Below are positions 12,585 to 25,191 of a stretch of DNA of 64,000 nt, piece by piece. Below the pieces are notes generated by a model. It saw only the letters and a list, made by a program, of their open reading frames with translations, searched no databases and was not told the origin of the DNA. The translations under genes were made by a program, and so were the position numbers. Source of the stretch: Lama glama (taxonomy: Eukaryota). Each line of letters begins with the position of its first letter. The stretch's first letter is position 1. The stretch is from positions 19,160,001 to 19,224,000 of the forward strand of contig CM052832.1 in assembly GCA_028534125.1 (NCBI GenBank). The letters run 5' to 3'.

Positions 12585-13402
12585 ATAGGTGAAAGTTCCC
12601 TGAGTATTCAGGTGAATACACAAAACTTGAAGTGCTAACTTTTTTGTAAATTACATGGGTACATGTTATTGATGATCTTAGGAGGGTTTATAGTCCGTCG
12701 CTAAACAGTAAACTCAGAAAAGTCGACAGTTGGGTCTGTAATTTCAACAAGAATGGAATGAAGGACAGTTTTCAGCTTTTAACGGGTATCATCCTAGCCT
12801 TATGTCTGGCTTCATGAGAAAGAAGAAAAATATTCCTAATTTCAGAATGCTTTTTCACATGTTTTCTGATCCGTTGAAAATTAGAATCTATTTGAAATAA
12901 CATTTTGTTTCTCATGGCTACATATTGTTCTAAGCTCTTATAACTCGAAGTAGACGCAGAGATTTTAGCAACCTGCTCAAACTCATTGTGAGTGGGAGAG
13001 TATTTAAAACCTGGCTGTCTGGCTCTGTAGTTAGTTTTTATTTTAGAATAAACTAGGAGAGTTGTAAGAATAACACGGAAAGCTTTTGTGTAACTTTTAC
13101 CCACAAAATAACTGACATTTTGCCACATTTGTTTTCTTGTTTTTCTCCATATGTTTATATATTTTCTGAGTCATTTGAGAGTCGTGCATACATCTTGATC
13201 TCTTCCCTCTTGGTACCTTGGCATATGTCTCAAGTACAAGGATATTTTCTTATTACCACAGTAAAATTATCAAACTCAAATGTAACATTGATATACTTTA
13301 ATCTACCATCCACATTCCAGTTTTGCTGTCATTTCTTTCAGTGTTTTGGTTTTGGGGTTTTTTTTAGGAGAGATGACTTGTTATCAACCACCTCCCACTT
13401 TT

Positions 13403-13524
13403 AGGGGGGATGTAATTAGGTTTTTATTCATGGGGATTGAACTTTTTTTTTAATGGAGGCACTGAGGATTGAACCCAGGACTTAAGCATGTGCTTTACCA
13501 CTGAGCTGTATATACCCTCCTCCC
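13403..13524 (-). mobile_element. tRNA-Ala-derived SINE with internal deletion
   Basis: ggaggcactgaggattgaacccagg...accactgagctg; same tail module as other copies. Confidence 0.8.
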
Positions 13525-14949
13525 AACAGTGTGTTTTTATACCCCCTATAGTCAGTACAGGATCGTCGCATTTAGTTGTCTTATCTCTCATCTTTAATCT
13601 GGAACAGTTCCTCAGCCTTTAATGACCTTGACGTTTTTGAAGCGTGCAGGCCAACTTTTAAAACACAAAGTGTCCTTATTTTGCATTTGAGTAGTGTTCC
13701 TTCATGGTTAGGTTTGGATTATGTATTCTGGCCAATGCCCAATATAAGTGAACTTATGCCCCTCTCAAGTTCATATCCAGAAGCACACTGTCAGTATGCT
13801 CTTTGTTGATGTTAATTTTGATTGGTCAAGGTGATGTCCTATTTCTGCATTTTATAGTTACTATTTTGTACCTACCTCTCCACATTTATCAGCATTCTGT
13901 TGTAACGAAGAGCCCTTGTGCCATTATTACCTAAGCAGTATGGACTCAGTGCCTTTCTTTTTAATGCTGCATAATTTTCACGTCTCATCATCTTGAGCAA
14001 TTCCTTACTTTCAAGCGCAAGATATATTCATCCTGGACTTTCCTATCCCAGCCCCCAGCTCTGGAGTCAGCTACTTCAAGGAGCCCAGGTTACTCTTAGT
14101 AGCAGATACTAGATCTGGGTTTCCTATGTGTTCATTGCTACTTTGAAGTCCGCTTCTGTCCTTTCAACAGATCAGCATGTATTCTAATCCAACCAAAGGA
14201 TACGCAATTTTTAACTACTGTTGTTTCCAAGCTTATTAAAGATGCTTCCTTTCATTTTGCTCTTTAGTCATGAAACATTCACTAAGATCCCCTGATGCAG
14301 AAATCAAATGTTATGAATGCCATAGTCAACTGGACTTTGAGAAACGGACTGAACAATCTCTGAACTTGGTCTTTCCAGTACTGTAGATTGGGAGATTCAA
14401 GATCTGCATGGTTTTATCCTTAAGTACTGGAAACGGGACTAATAGTATGCCCATCCCCACCATAAAATATGCCAGTCCAGTAATAAATTCTCTATCAGAG
14501 AAAAGCAGCACACCACTGGACTATTTCCTTTATCACTAATGTGCTTTGCCTCAAACTTTGTTGAGGACTACTCAATTTTATTTTCTAATGTCGCCCATGG
14601 TTCATCTGTTTTGCAGTTCCATAATACTGAAATTGGGTTAAAAAAAAATGTAGCATGGCATTTGAGAGCTGAAAAGGACCTACAATTCGTTTAAGGAGTA
14701 AACATTAATTTATATTTCTTCTTTAGCTTAATACTGGATTTGTTTTAAGGCCCTGCTAGCTTTGCTTTACCTGTTTTCAGAACACTTCGAGCTAAGAATG
14801 TTTTCATCTAAGTATCGTGTCTGATTACAAACTAAAACTAAAGCGGCATAAAGTGGAAGAATATAGACAACCCTAGCCTATATTCCACTTCATCTCTGGC
14901 ATTTTCCCCAAAGAAAATACCTCTCAGCTGTTGCTTTTGGTTGTGCTAA

Positions 14950-14955
14950 TTTATT
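14950..14955 (-). terminator. ACOT13: Candidate ACOT13 polyadenylation signal
   Basis: tttatt on + (AATAAA on -), about 80 nt after the ACOT13 stop. Confidence 0.65.
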
Positions 14956-15032
14956 TTGAGAATGAATATTTGTTCAAGTCCAATTTACTGTGGACATTCA
15001 TTTTTGGGTTTCTGTAGGTTACACTGCTGTTC

Positions 15033-15189
15033 TCAGTTTCCCAGGTGTTTTGTGTGTCTGCCTTGTGCTATTAATTTTCCCGTGGCCTTGTTCGTCAGAT
15101 CCACAGAGGCAAAGGCAAGTGTTTTTCCTTGCTTCAGAATATGTGCTGTAATCACTATATCATCTCCAATTTTAGCAGGTGACATGTAC
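15033..15189 (-). CDS. ACOT13: Acyl-CoA thioesterase 13, exon 3 (YMSPAKIGDDIVITAHILKQGKTLAF...HTKHLGN*)
   Basis: Minus-strand acceptor ttcaag| at 15190-15191, TGA at 15035-15033; recognisable ACOT13 C-terminus. Confidence 0.96.
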
Positions 15190-16818
15190 CTTGAAAGGAA
15201 ACATTTAAATTTAGTTAACAAATAGTTTTTAAAAGAAAAAGGTGTGTGCATCTCATAACAGCCTTTTTTTTTTTTAAATAACAGCCTTCTTATGTTACTT
15301 ATTTCACTCCTTAATACTCCTAAATAGTTTGATATCAGTAAGCTTTCTGTCTTTCTAATTTGAATGGCTGGTCCTGAACACATTACAGCTTACCCATTTC
15401 TTATCCACACAAGTTTCTTTTCCCATAAATAGTGGGAGGGGTTTTCAACTGCCCGTCCCCCTTTTTCTTTACGTTTCCCATTTCATATGTATTTGGGGCT
15501 AGTGAATGATTTCCTCTAGCTTTCATTTAATTTGCTTAACTTCCTAGAAGTGATGTTTGGTGTTTATATCTTGTCATATCAATAATGCAGAATTTACTGA
15601 ACTCTAAAATGACTTAACAGAAGAACTATAACATATTAGTATGAGGCCCTTTTGAAACTCAGGCAGTTCTTGATAGTGGCCAATACTTTGGCAACACTTA
15701 CTTGGAAAGGCCAAAATTTTGTTTGGCTTATTAAAAATTCTTCAGCGTTGTAAAAGCAGCAGTATCTTAGAAGATCATGAAATGCAGTGCTAGGTTAGAA
15801 GATCTCTGCTCCTAAATAGAGGTTCTTAAGGCAGAGTCATCAACTGGTCTTAACCGTCATCACATGGAGTAAGACAAGGACTGCTGAGTATGCCCCCCAG
15901 TGCCGTGAGCAGATCTTAATTTCAGAAGACCATTTGCATCTTGTCCTGTGATTTGCTTACTGCACCCTGAATTTTATTTCCATCATAAAGAGGCACTGAA
16001 TGTTTCTTAAGTTAGCCTAAGAAAAAATCTGGATTGTTTAAAAACCTGAAAACTATTTCCATTGCCCTCACGTCACATAATGCTGGTTTCCCACCCTAAC
16101 CCCAGTCTGCCCCTCTAACAAGTCATTTTTCTGTTGCTTAGGTGGAAAAAGAAATTGTCTTGAAACTAAACCCCTGGGCCCTGCACTCTCCTGAGTGGGA
16201 TGCTGGGAGCAGTACTAGTTGATGTGGGAACTGAATCTTTTACATCTGGAGGTGTTTGACCCCTGCAGGCCTTTTCACAACAGTGAGTGAAACCTGACAT
16301 CTGGGGTTCTGCTCCCTGATCATGAGAGCATGTCTGTGCAATTACAGAAAAAGATGAAGGACTGGACATTGTGTTCACCTTGTTACAAGGTGATGACAAT
16401 GTATACATGAAGGTTTTCCCAACTTTTCTTTGATTTTTATTCAAGCTTTTCTCTATATGTTCTCAATACAGCTCTCATAAGACGTTTGTATAAGTGGCAC
16501 TTTTAAGGAGTGTATGAAACAGCTGTAAGCCATGATTTGATGTGATGTGATTTTTTTTCCCCACCAGTATGCATATTAGAAGCTGAATGTTTGCCTTTTT
16601 GAATGTTTAGATCATTCCCCCTTTATTACTGATATATACTGTATTTGGAAATTAATTCCTCTAGTTCTAGATTCTAAAGCCATGGACTATTTTAAGGCAA
16701 ATCTAGCTGTAGTTAAGGATGACTAGCTAAGGGTACCTCATGCTTTCTTTATGTTATAAACATAACATGGTCTCAGTTGCTTGAAATAAGTTATTTGGGG
16801 TACAGCTTGGATACATAC

Positions 16819-17003
16819 GTTATGTTCATATCGACGCTGACTCCAGGTACTCCTCTCTCTGAGCATATCAGAGCACATGTCGATATGCAATCCACTAGGG
16901 TGGCTGTCATGCCACCATGGAGAGTGCCCATTTTATTCGTGTGCTGCTCTTCCACTTTCATTTCACAGATCATTTTCCCAGGGACAGCAGAGACTAAATT
17001 CAC
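16819..17003 (-). CDS. ACOT13: ACOT13 exon 2 (VNLVSAVPGK...HTNKMGTLHGG...D65...GVSVDMNIT)
   Basis: Hotdog-fold PaaI-type motifs N50, HGG, D65, S83 present; acceptor catag|, donor AC|gtatgt; 185 nt. Confidence 0.96.
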
Positions 17004-17547
17004 CTATGTGTGAAAAAAAGAATTTGAACATTTCGTGGTGGTAGAAAAGCCCAAAACAGCCTATCATGAACTGTCACTGGATTATACTCTCAAAAAGTTG
17101 ATTGAGAAATTAAAAAAGTTACCAATCTCTTTATGATAGAAATTAAGTCTAATGTAAATGGTTTTTAGAGAAAAGGGAATATTTAGGGAAAAATAGGAGT
17201 AGTTTTGTTAATCTGCACTCCTTTGCAGAAATCAAATATTCCATCTGAGCTTTTCAGCCTTAAGTACAACAACCTGGCATCTCTTAATGTCTCAGAAATT
17301 TTGCACCAGCAAAGTCAGCTGGTCCATGTGATCTATCAACCAACTATAGGTTTAATCTGGATGCTTCCTAGTTTTTGCACAGTGTAATTTTTTAAATGAC
17401 CTCATAATGAACAGTTTAAAACAATTTTAAGAAAAAACTGGAAGAAATTCAGTAATTCAATGAGTTGCTAGAATTAATAAGCTTATACCACAAACCCACT
17501 TTAATAAAAAGTTTAATAGAATCCATCAACGTTAAATAGCTGCTTTT

Positions 17548-17666
17548 ATTTATTTTAAATCACTTTAATTTTTTAATTTTACTTTTTAATGGAGGTACTG
17601 GGGATTGAACCCAGGACATCGTGCATGCTAAGCATGTATTCTACCACTGAGCTATTTCCCTCCCCA
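17548..17666 (-). mobile_element. tRNA-Ala-derived SINE with ~15-bp target-site duplication
   Basis: Full tRNA-like head; TSD taaat(a/t)gctgctttt at 17533-17547 and 17668-17682. Confidence 0.9.
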
Positions 17667-20600
17667 CTAAATTGCTGCTTTTGAGATCCTGTCCCATTTA
17701 TAGTATCATAATGAAAAAGAATTATATGAAAGATAAAATGTGGAACAATGAATTTAAAATTTTAAATCAAACATCTCTAAAGGAAACTTACAGAAAAATA
17801 ATAGAAATGTGTTTCTTATATCCTATATAAAAGTACTAGGAAAAAACATCATAGATAATATTTAGAAGTTGGCACTGAGCTGTGGATGGAAAGTGCTGTG
17901 CCCAGCAGCAGTAATTCTCACCGTCACTAGAGGTGTTCAGGCAGAACATGGATGAATATTTGGCGTGTCTGTTGTGTTTAGGGGAGGGAGGGATGTCGCA
18001 AGCATTAAATAGTTGGTTTGATCCCAGGTAACTACCATTTACTGAGCACTTGCAATGTGCTAGGCACTGTCCCAAAGCCTTTCCACATACTGTATAATAA
18101 GGAAGGGATGGTTTCCATTTTATGGTAACTTAAACTCTGAGTGTTTTACTCTCAAGGTCACCCTGGATGTGACAGAACTGAGATTCAGATCTAGGTCTGT
18201 GCACCTCCAAGTCTCCCTGGTTGCTAACTGTAAAGTCTCTAGGTAAACAGAGGCCTTTACGCTCCCACCAGGAAGATGTTTTGGTATTTCACAAACCGTA
18301 ACATTAATAGTTTGCTGTTATTTATCCCCTAGAAGACCCTGACTTAGAAATAGAACTGTATAATACGAACCATCCTAAATAATATGTCTTGTTTTGCTTA
18401 ACAGGTAAGTCAAAAGAAGAATGTTAGAACAAGATCAAGTCTATTTATACAATAAATGATCTAGCCACAAGGTGTCCTCATAAACTGATAATACTCCCAA
18501 GCAGGCCCAAGGTATAAGTTCACCTTGTTGGGGCATTTATCCTAGTCTATCAAGCACTGCAATGTAAAGATAAACAAGATTAAGTCCCTGCTCTTAGGGG
18601 TTCCCAGTCTAAAGGGGGAGACAAATGTGCACACGGCAGTGGAGGGAGTTACTGCAGATGGGATAAATACCGGCTGCTGGAAGTAAGGATCTAACTTATC
18701 AAAGTGTATTTCCAGGGAAGAGACATTAGGAAAGACATCCTGCGAAATGGCATTCGAGGCTTAAAGGATGGGCAGGAATTAGCCAGGTGAACATGGGGAA
18801 AAAGCCAGGCAGTTTAGGAAACAGAATCAAACAGGGAAGCCTTAGAGACACCCAAGGTAGTTAGTGTAATTTTAAGGTGTGGTGTGTTTAGCAGAGGTCA
18901 GTTATTAAAGTTCCATTTGATTATCTAACTTTGGCTGGGACAACAAAAGATAAAACAAATGTCAACTGGATCTTCTACTGCAGAATGCTGATTTTAATTT
19001 TTATTTTCTCCAACTTGAAAAGCCAAAGGACATACTAACATACAAAACTGGCTTAAAATGTATATTGGACTAGAGATACTTTTGTTCTGGTAGCCTGATA
19101 TGGCAGAGAAATACTTTTATGTGTTGTCACTCCTTGTCTCCCTAAATAAGCCAATGGACAATCACAATGAAGGTGTGTCCTACCTGACCAACCAGAACTC
19201 ATCAGTCTTGTGGGGCAAAAAGCCAATGGAGAGCTAACCTCTCTTTGATGAAGAACAGGGGTGGGGAGAGGACACTGTAAAAAAAAAAAAGATCTCAGTC
19301 TCAATCAAGATACAGACTGTATCACGTTAACTGTGGCTTAGAGACCAAGCTCAGAAACGTACATGCATAGTCTTACATAAATTGAGACGTTGTCTCAATT
19401 CTCACAAATCTCTGAAGTACTGTTTTTATCTCCATTGGACCCAGGTGTCTCAGGCTTAACCACTATGCAAAACTGCCTCCCCTCCCATCTCACCTGGACT
19501 GCTGCAGACAACTAGGACCTCATTCATTGGTGTCTTCTGGGAAGGTGGGTGTGTAGCCTTTTATGATGCCGAGATAAGAAATACTGTTGCCATGGCCCCA
19601 GTAATACAGAGAATTGCCCAGGATGCTGCAGGTTGGGCGACTGAAGTAGATTGGCAAGAACGTTACTTTATGGCTCAGTCCAGTCTGACCCAATAAACTC
19701 CTTAGTTTAGCATAAAAATTCTCTTAAATGGACTCGCACACATACAATCATCTGCCCCTTTTCTACATGGCCTGTAGTGTGCCGTCTCGTCCCTGCACTT
19801 CATGCATTCACATGAATTTATGTGGTTCACACTGCCATAGCATTCCCTCTGTTGCCAAACTCAGGCTCAGATCCCATCAGAGACACTTCAGGTGACACAC
19901 TCTCCCCCTTTCTTCACTTACCTTTTCAGTGGAGAATTGAGAAGGGAGGCCTAGTAATCAACAGCAGAGAAAGAGATGGTCCCTAATAGAAAGCTCTGTC
20001 CAGAACCCGGAGTTCTCTTTGGCCTTGACGTTTCCCATCTTTCTGGCCTTTGAGAGTCACCATCATCACTGGGGCTCCTGCTGACTGCTGAGCAGCCAGC
20101 ACCCTGCCTCTGCTAACGATTCAGTAAGGGTGTCTGTCTGGAATGGGCCTCAAGGGGTGTGGCATGTGGTGTGAGAAAACCTGCGTGTATATAAAAATGT
20201 GAGTCAACCAAGGAGGCTGAATAGGAGAGACCATACGTGTGCACAGGAGCACAGAGAACAGACAATATTAGTGGGTGAGAATTTTGTGTTTGTGAAGGAG
20301 GCTGTTTTCACAGCAATTTGCCCTGGTTTGCAATTTGGCTGATTTCATATGTGCCACAATACAGATACCAGAAGGAACTATGTCTGAGGACAGTGTATAA
20401 ATACACCTGCATGTAAACAGGAAAGGAGGTAAAGAGTAAGAGAGAAGGTGGCAGTGTGATGGGGTGGCATCCATGGTGCCTAGAATAATGCCTAGCACCA
20501 GCAGGCACTGTTTGTTGAATGAGTGAATGAATACATTCAAATCTGAAGGTCAGCTAAGAGCATTCTCTAACAATATGCCCAACAGTTAGTAGCTTCAGCG

Positions 20601-22282
20601 ACTGACTGAACAAACTATAGGGAGTATCTTCTATGAAAGAAAGGCATTCAGCTAGGCACTGTCCAGTAGGCACTGACAAATGCTTATTAAACTCCTGCTG
20701 TGGACGTGCTCTCAGAGAGCTCTCAGTGTGGAGAGGGAAGGCAGAAAACTCACTAGATACATTATAGTAAGTTCTATGGCAAAAGCTAGCCAAGGAGCAG
20801 AGGAATACACTTGGAGATGCCAGGGGAGGCTTTCCAAGGACAGTGGGTGCTATTTGAAAAGGACACTGAAAGATAAGAGTGAAAATGGGGGCCAACTGGG
20901 TCAAGAGCAGAGGATCCCAAAACAGGGAGTGTACAAAGCAGTAGAAGCTTTACGAGAAGGCCAAAAATAACAAATGTTAGCAAACGAGCGCCATGGGAGT
21001 CAAAACAAAGGCCTAGGGAAGAGCAAAGAGGAATTTAATTAAATATTCCCTTAAGATTTAGCCAACTAAAGTAGCATTCTACTCTTGTCCATTGGAGTGG
21101 TGGTGATGGTGAGAGATGTGCTAAGAAGGAATATACGCAATCACTGTATTTTTCCCTGAAGGCTGGTAAATGGCAGATTTTACTGAATCATTCTGGGATG
21201 CATATAAAGGTGGATGAAGGCCTCTATCACATTAATCACATTGGCAAGATTTCTCTCAATTACAGCTTCTCTTCTGCCTTGAACCTGGAAAAGAGGGGCG
21301 AGTAGGGAAGGACCTTCCTTACAACCTACAGACTGAGGAATGTCTAGTCACTCCTCCAGACTTTCTCTGAAGGGAAAGCACAAACTTGTGTAGAATTTTT
21401 GCAGCTGATCTAGTTTGGAATGTAGTACCTGAATATAGAGTCATTCCCGGGAAGGAATGATGCCCTACGGGAATGTAACTATGGTGAGCCAGTTATGATT
21501 AAGCCACAAATCAAACAGCAACAAAGAAGTTTAAATAATCTGTTCACTGAGAAACAGTATTCCAGAAGTTTCTGCGGATCCTACACTGCTTTTGTTTAGT
21601 GTTCTGTTCTTAATCTTTACAATGCATACATTCAATTTCTATTAAAGCTCTTAGTAACATCCTGAGGTCTTCACAAACCTCAGGACTTAAAAGGCTACTT
21701 AGATAAGTGGTATAACATTTCAGTGGCATTTATTTCAGAGGCTGTACATAGAACGAAACCTTAACTATCTTCCACGGCAGAAGAATCATTTCCTTTGAAA
21801 GGATTGTCATCATTTCCCTTGAATTGGTCATTCATTTACCACTGCAAAAACTATTAATTTTCTAAAATATTTAGTTGCTCTGAGTTGATGCCACATCCTT
21901 TCCCCCTCTATATCAGTAATTCTTGACTTGAGTTCATTATTTCACTAATTATATCTTGATTCTTTAAATCCTATCTCTGATCCATCTAAAACTGCCATGT
22001 TCCTTCTCTTTATTGGGTTTTCAATTACAAAAATAAAATCATTCATTTTATATGAATAAATAAATCAAAGAGTATAAGATGCAGTTTCCAAAACCTACTA
22101 CCCCTTCAGTGCTGTATATCATTCAATATGATTCTCTAGGCTTATTCAAACATGTACAATATAGAGTTTTTCCCTTTCTTTTTATAAGATTACAAAAATG
22201 GGATCATATTATGCATATTTGCAAATTTCAGTTCTCTTCCCAGTATACCACAGCCATTCCTCTAGCTCAATTCATATAGATC

Positions 22283-22444
22283 ACTTATTTTTTTATTTTT
22301 AACTTAATTTTATTTATTTTTATTTTGGGGGGGAAGGTAATTAGGTTTTTTGCTTATTTATTTTAATGGAGGTACTGGGGATTGAACCCAGGGCCTTTTA
22401 CATACTAAGCATGTGCTCTACCACTTGGGCTATCCCCCCACCCC
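22283..22444 (-). mobile_element. tRNA-Ala-derived SINE with TSD
   Basis: Head plus tail module; TSD catatagatc at 22273-22282 and 22445-22454. Confidence 0.9.
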
Positions 22445-23239
22445 CATATAGATCTCTTTTAATAGCTTTGTGGTATTCTCTAGTGTTGAATATATTAGAT
22501 TTATTAAACTATTGCTTGGTATACAGGTCCTTTCCATATTTTTCTTTACCATTACAAATAAAGGTGCTTTTATTTGTATAGGAGAAATTGCCAAAACTAG
22601 ATAGCTGGGTAAAAGAGTATGTAAATTTTTAACAAATCTGCCAGATTACTTCTGGAAAGCAAAGAGTAAATGCCTCATTCCCTTATTCCTCATCAGTAAT
22701 GTGTATTATTACTCAATTTTTACAATATGATGGGCACAATCTGATGGTATCTTATGGTTTATGTTTGCATCAGCCAGACTACCAGTGCTCCTGATTATAT
22801 TTCTTTTTCTGTGAACAGCCTGATACATCCTTTGTGCCCACTTACATATTAGACTGTCTCTACAGCTCTTCTTACCATATCAGATTTTAACACCTAGTCA
22901 TAGAGTGAAAATCTTTTCCTAATTATTGTATTTTGACTTTTATTGTATCTTTTGCCATAAAAAGATGAGTTCACGTTCATGAAGTGCACAGTGCCCAACA
23001 CATAATAAGTGCTAGGGAAACTTTAAAAAATATAAATGATCAATAAAAATTGTAATTTTATAAAGCCATATATAACATGTTATTGAATGGCATGCTCCTA
23101 TGTTAATTAGCAAATCATTTTTCAAGACATGACTCCTTCATGTGACAAAGGTGTGGTTTATACTTATAAAGAACAAGAGGGCAGCAACTTAATCAAGTTT
23201 TGACTGAGAACAAAGCAAATGATTAAGAGGATGGCTTAT

Positions 23240-23455
23240 GTCCAAATTTCCAAACCTCAGCACTGTTGACCTTTGTACTGGATGATTCTCTGTTGTGGGG
23301 ACAGAGGGAGGGAAACTGTGCACCCTGGCTTCTACCTCCTAGATGCCAGCAGCGCTATTCCCACCCCATTCCAGTTGTGATGATCAAAAATGTCTCCAGA
23401 ATTGCCAAATGTCCCACGGGGAGTAAAACCACCCCTAATTGAGAACCACTGGTCT
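23240..23455. mobile_element. MER20-like DNA transposon remnant
   Basis: ctcagcactgttgac...aaaatgtctccagaattgccaaatgtccc...ttgagaaccactg; family name from memory. Confidence 0.7.
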
Positions 23456-23905
23456 AGATCATGTTACCTTAAAATTTATAGTAAAAGGAAATGAACCATG
23501 TTCACAACTAGATTTACACATCACTGTGCATAAATCTATACTTTAGCTTGAGCAACTCTGCCCACACAAAACATAAACAACTACAAAACCCGTTCTCCAA
23601 CAAATTAACAAGCATAGAGCACCTACCATATTGACCTGTGCAGTTTAACAAGTAGCCACTAGCCACCTGTATTGAGCATCTAACACATGGCAAATATGAA
23701 TTGAGATGAGCTGTAAGTGTAAAATTCACACTGGATTTCAAAGATTAAGTACAAAAAGGGAGTACTCTATACTGATTACATGTTAAAATATTTTGGATAT
23801 TATGAATTACTTAATATAGTTTACTAAAATTAATTTCACCTACTTTTAAAATATTACAATATTATAATAATATAATTATGTAATGTTGCTATTATAAAAT
23901 TATTA

Positions 23906-24265
23906 TGAAATACCTTATTTAAAATGGAGTCGGGAAGCCCTGCAGAAGGGAGCTTTCACTCATTTACCACTCCTCCCAGCTTACTTTACAAACCCCAGTA
24001 GGAAAAAGATTTTCTCCTAGTCCATCAAAAAGCTCGTGAAAAACCTCCGCAACTCAACCAACGAGAAACCAGCACAAGGGGAACTCTCTTCTTCAACGAA
24101 TTTGTTCAAAATAGCCCCTCTCGACTTTTCCCTCTCCTCTATAAAAAAACAGCTTAAGACTTGCCTGTGGTTGGCCATAGTCTTCATGTCCTAAATTGCA
24201 ATTCCTCCGCTACTGTCCAATAGACTCCGCTGGCTAAACCACTGACCTTTTTTGTTTTGAAGACA
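23906..24265 (+). mobile_element. Solo LTR-like element (ERV type) in ACOT13 intron 1
   Basis: TG...CA ends, aaaatggagtc near the 5' end, TATAAAA at 24140-24146, degenerate polyA-like signal near 24216. Confidence 0.55.
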
Positions 24266-24442
24266 GATCAGCACAAGCACATCTAGCACATAACGGCGCT
24301 CCATTCAAGTAGTGATCATTATTACTAAGGTGAATTTGGGTACTCAGTCCAACAGGATCTAGCCAGAGACAATTTATTCAGCGCTCCCCGCGCACTGTGC
24401 TTCCTTTCCCTTCATTAGATACCCCGACTTCGCTTCCAATAC

Positions 24443-24523
24443 CTTGTCCAAAACTCTGTCAAAATCGCGATGACTGCTAAGGAACTTCATCATCTCCATC
24501 ATATTCTTTCCCTTACAGCTCAT
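24443..24523 (-). CDS. ACOT13: ACOT13 exon 1 (MSCKGKNMMEMMKFLSSHRDFDRVLDK)
   Basis: ATG at 24523, 27 codons, donor AAG|gtattg. The three exons total 423 nt = 140 aa + stop. Confidence 0.9.
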
Positions 24524-24942
24524 CGTGGACCGGACGCCAGCTCCCAGGCCCCAAGCAAGAATGATTCTTGGAAGAGCAGAGAAGCCCAGAAGTTCGCAAA
24601 GAGAAACAAGGACGCTGCGGGCGAAGGGTTTACGTCCTTCTGGGCCTGCGGCGACTTCCGATCCGCCCTCGCGCGCGCCCGCCGCCACGGTCCCCAGCAA
24701 CTCGCGCATTGACGTTCCGCGCCCCTTTGTGACCGCGCGCGCACGCGGCGCCCCGCCCGGGCCCCCCGGGGCCGGCTCTCCTGCTGCGCAGGCGCAGTAT
24801 CGCCCTCCGAGAGCGGAGCGCGTTTCCTCGCCGGGCGGTTGATGTGCGAACGCCGGGGCGCCGGGCGCCTGCGCAGAGCGGGGTGCTGCCCCATGGCCAG
24901 CTTCAGGGGGCGGTAAGCCGGCGGTGAGGCGGCAGTGAGCCG
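24524..24942. promoter_or_regulatory. Bidirectional CpG-island promoter shared by ACOT13 and TDP2, with NRF1-like and ETS-like motifs
   Basis: Divergent ATGs 420 bp apart in very CpG-rich DNA (island ~24520-25500). TGCGCAGGCGCA at 24785-24796, inverted GCGCCTGCGCA at 24865-24875, ACTTCCG at 24654-24660. Confidence 0.85.
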
Positions 24943-25107
24943 ATGGAGCGGGAAAGCGGTTTGGAGGCTGGGCCCGAGGCGGAGCGGGAGGAGGGAGGAC
25001 CCCAGGCGAAGAAGCGACGACTTCTGTGCATGGAGTTTGCCTCGGTCGCGAGTTGCGACGCCGCCGTGGCTCAGTGCTACCTGGCCGAGAACGACTGGGA
25101 GATGGAA
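24943..25107 (+). CDS. TDP2: Tyrosyl-DNA phosphodiesterase 2, exon 1 (basic KKRR motif, start of UBA-like domain)
   Basis: MERESG...KKRRLLCMEFASVASCDAAVAQCYLAENDWEME; donor GAA|gtacgc at 25108. Confidence 0.94.
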
Positions 25108-25191
25108 GTACGCTTTCGCTATTTCTCTTCCCTCCCTTTACTTCGGTCGGTGCGGCGCACACGTCCCATTCTTGTGTCTTTTGTTCTTCAG

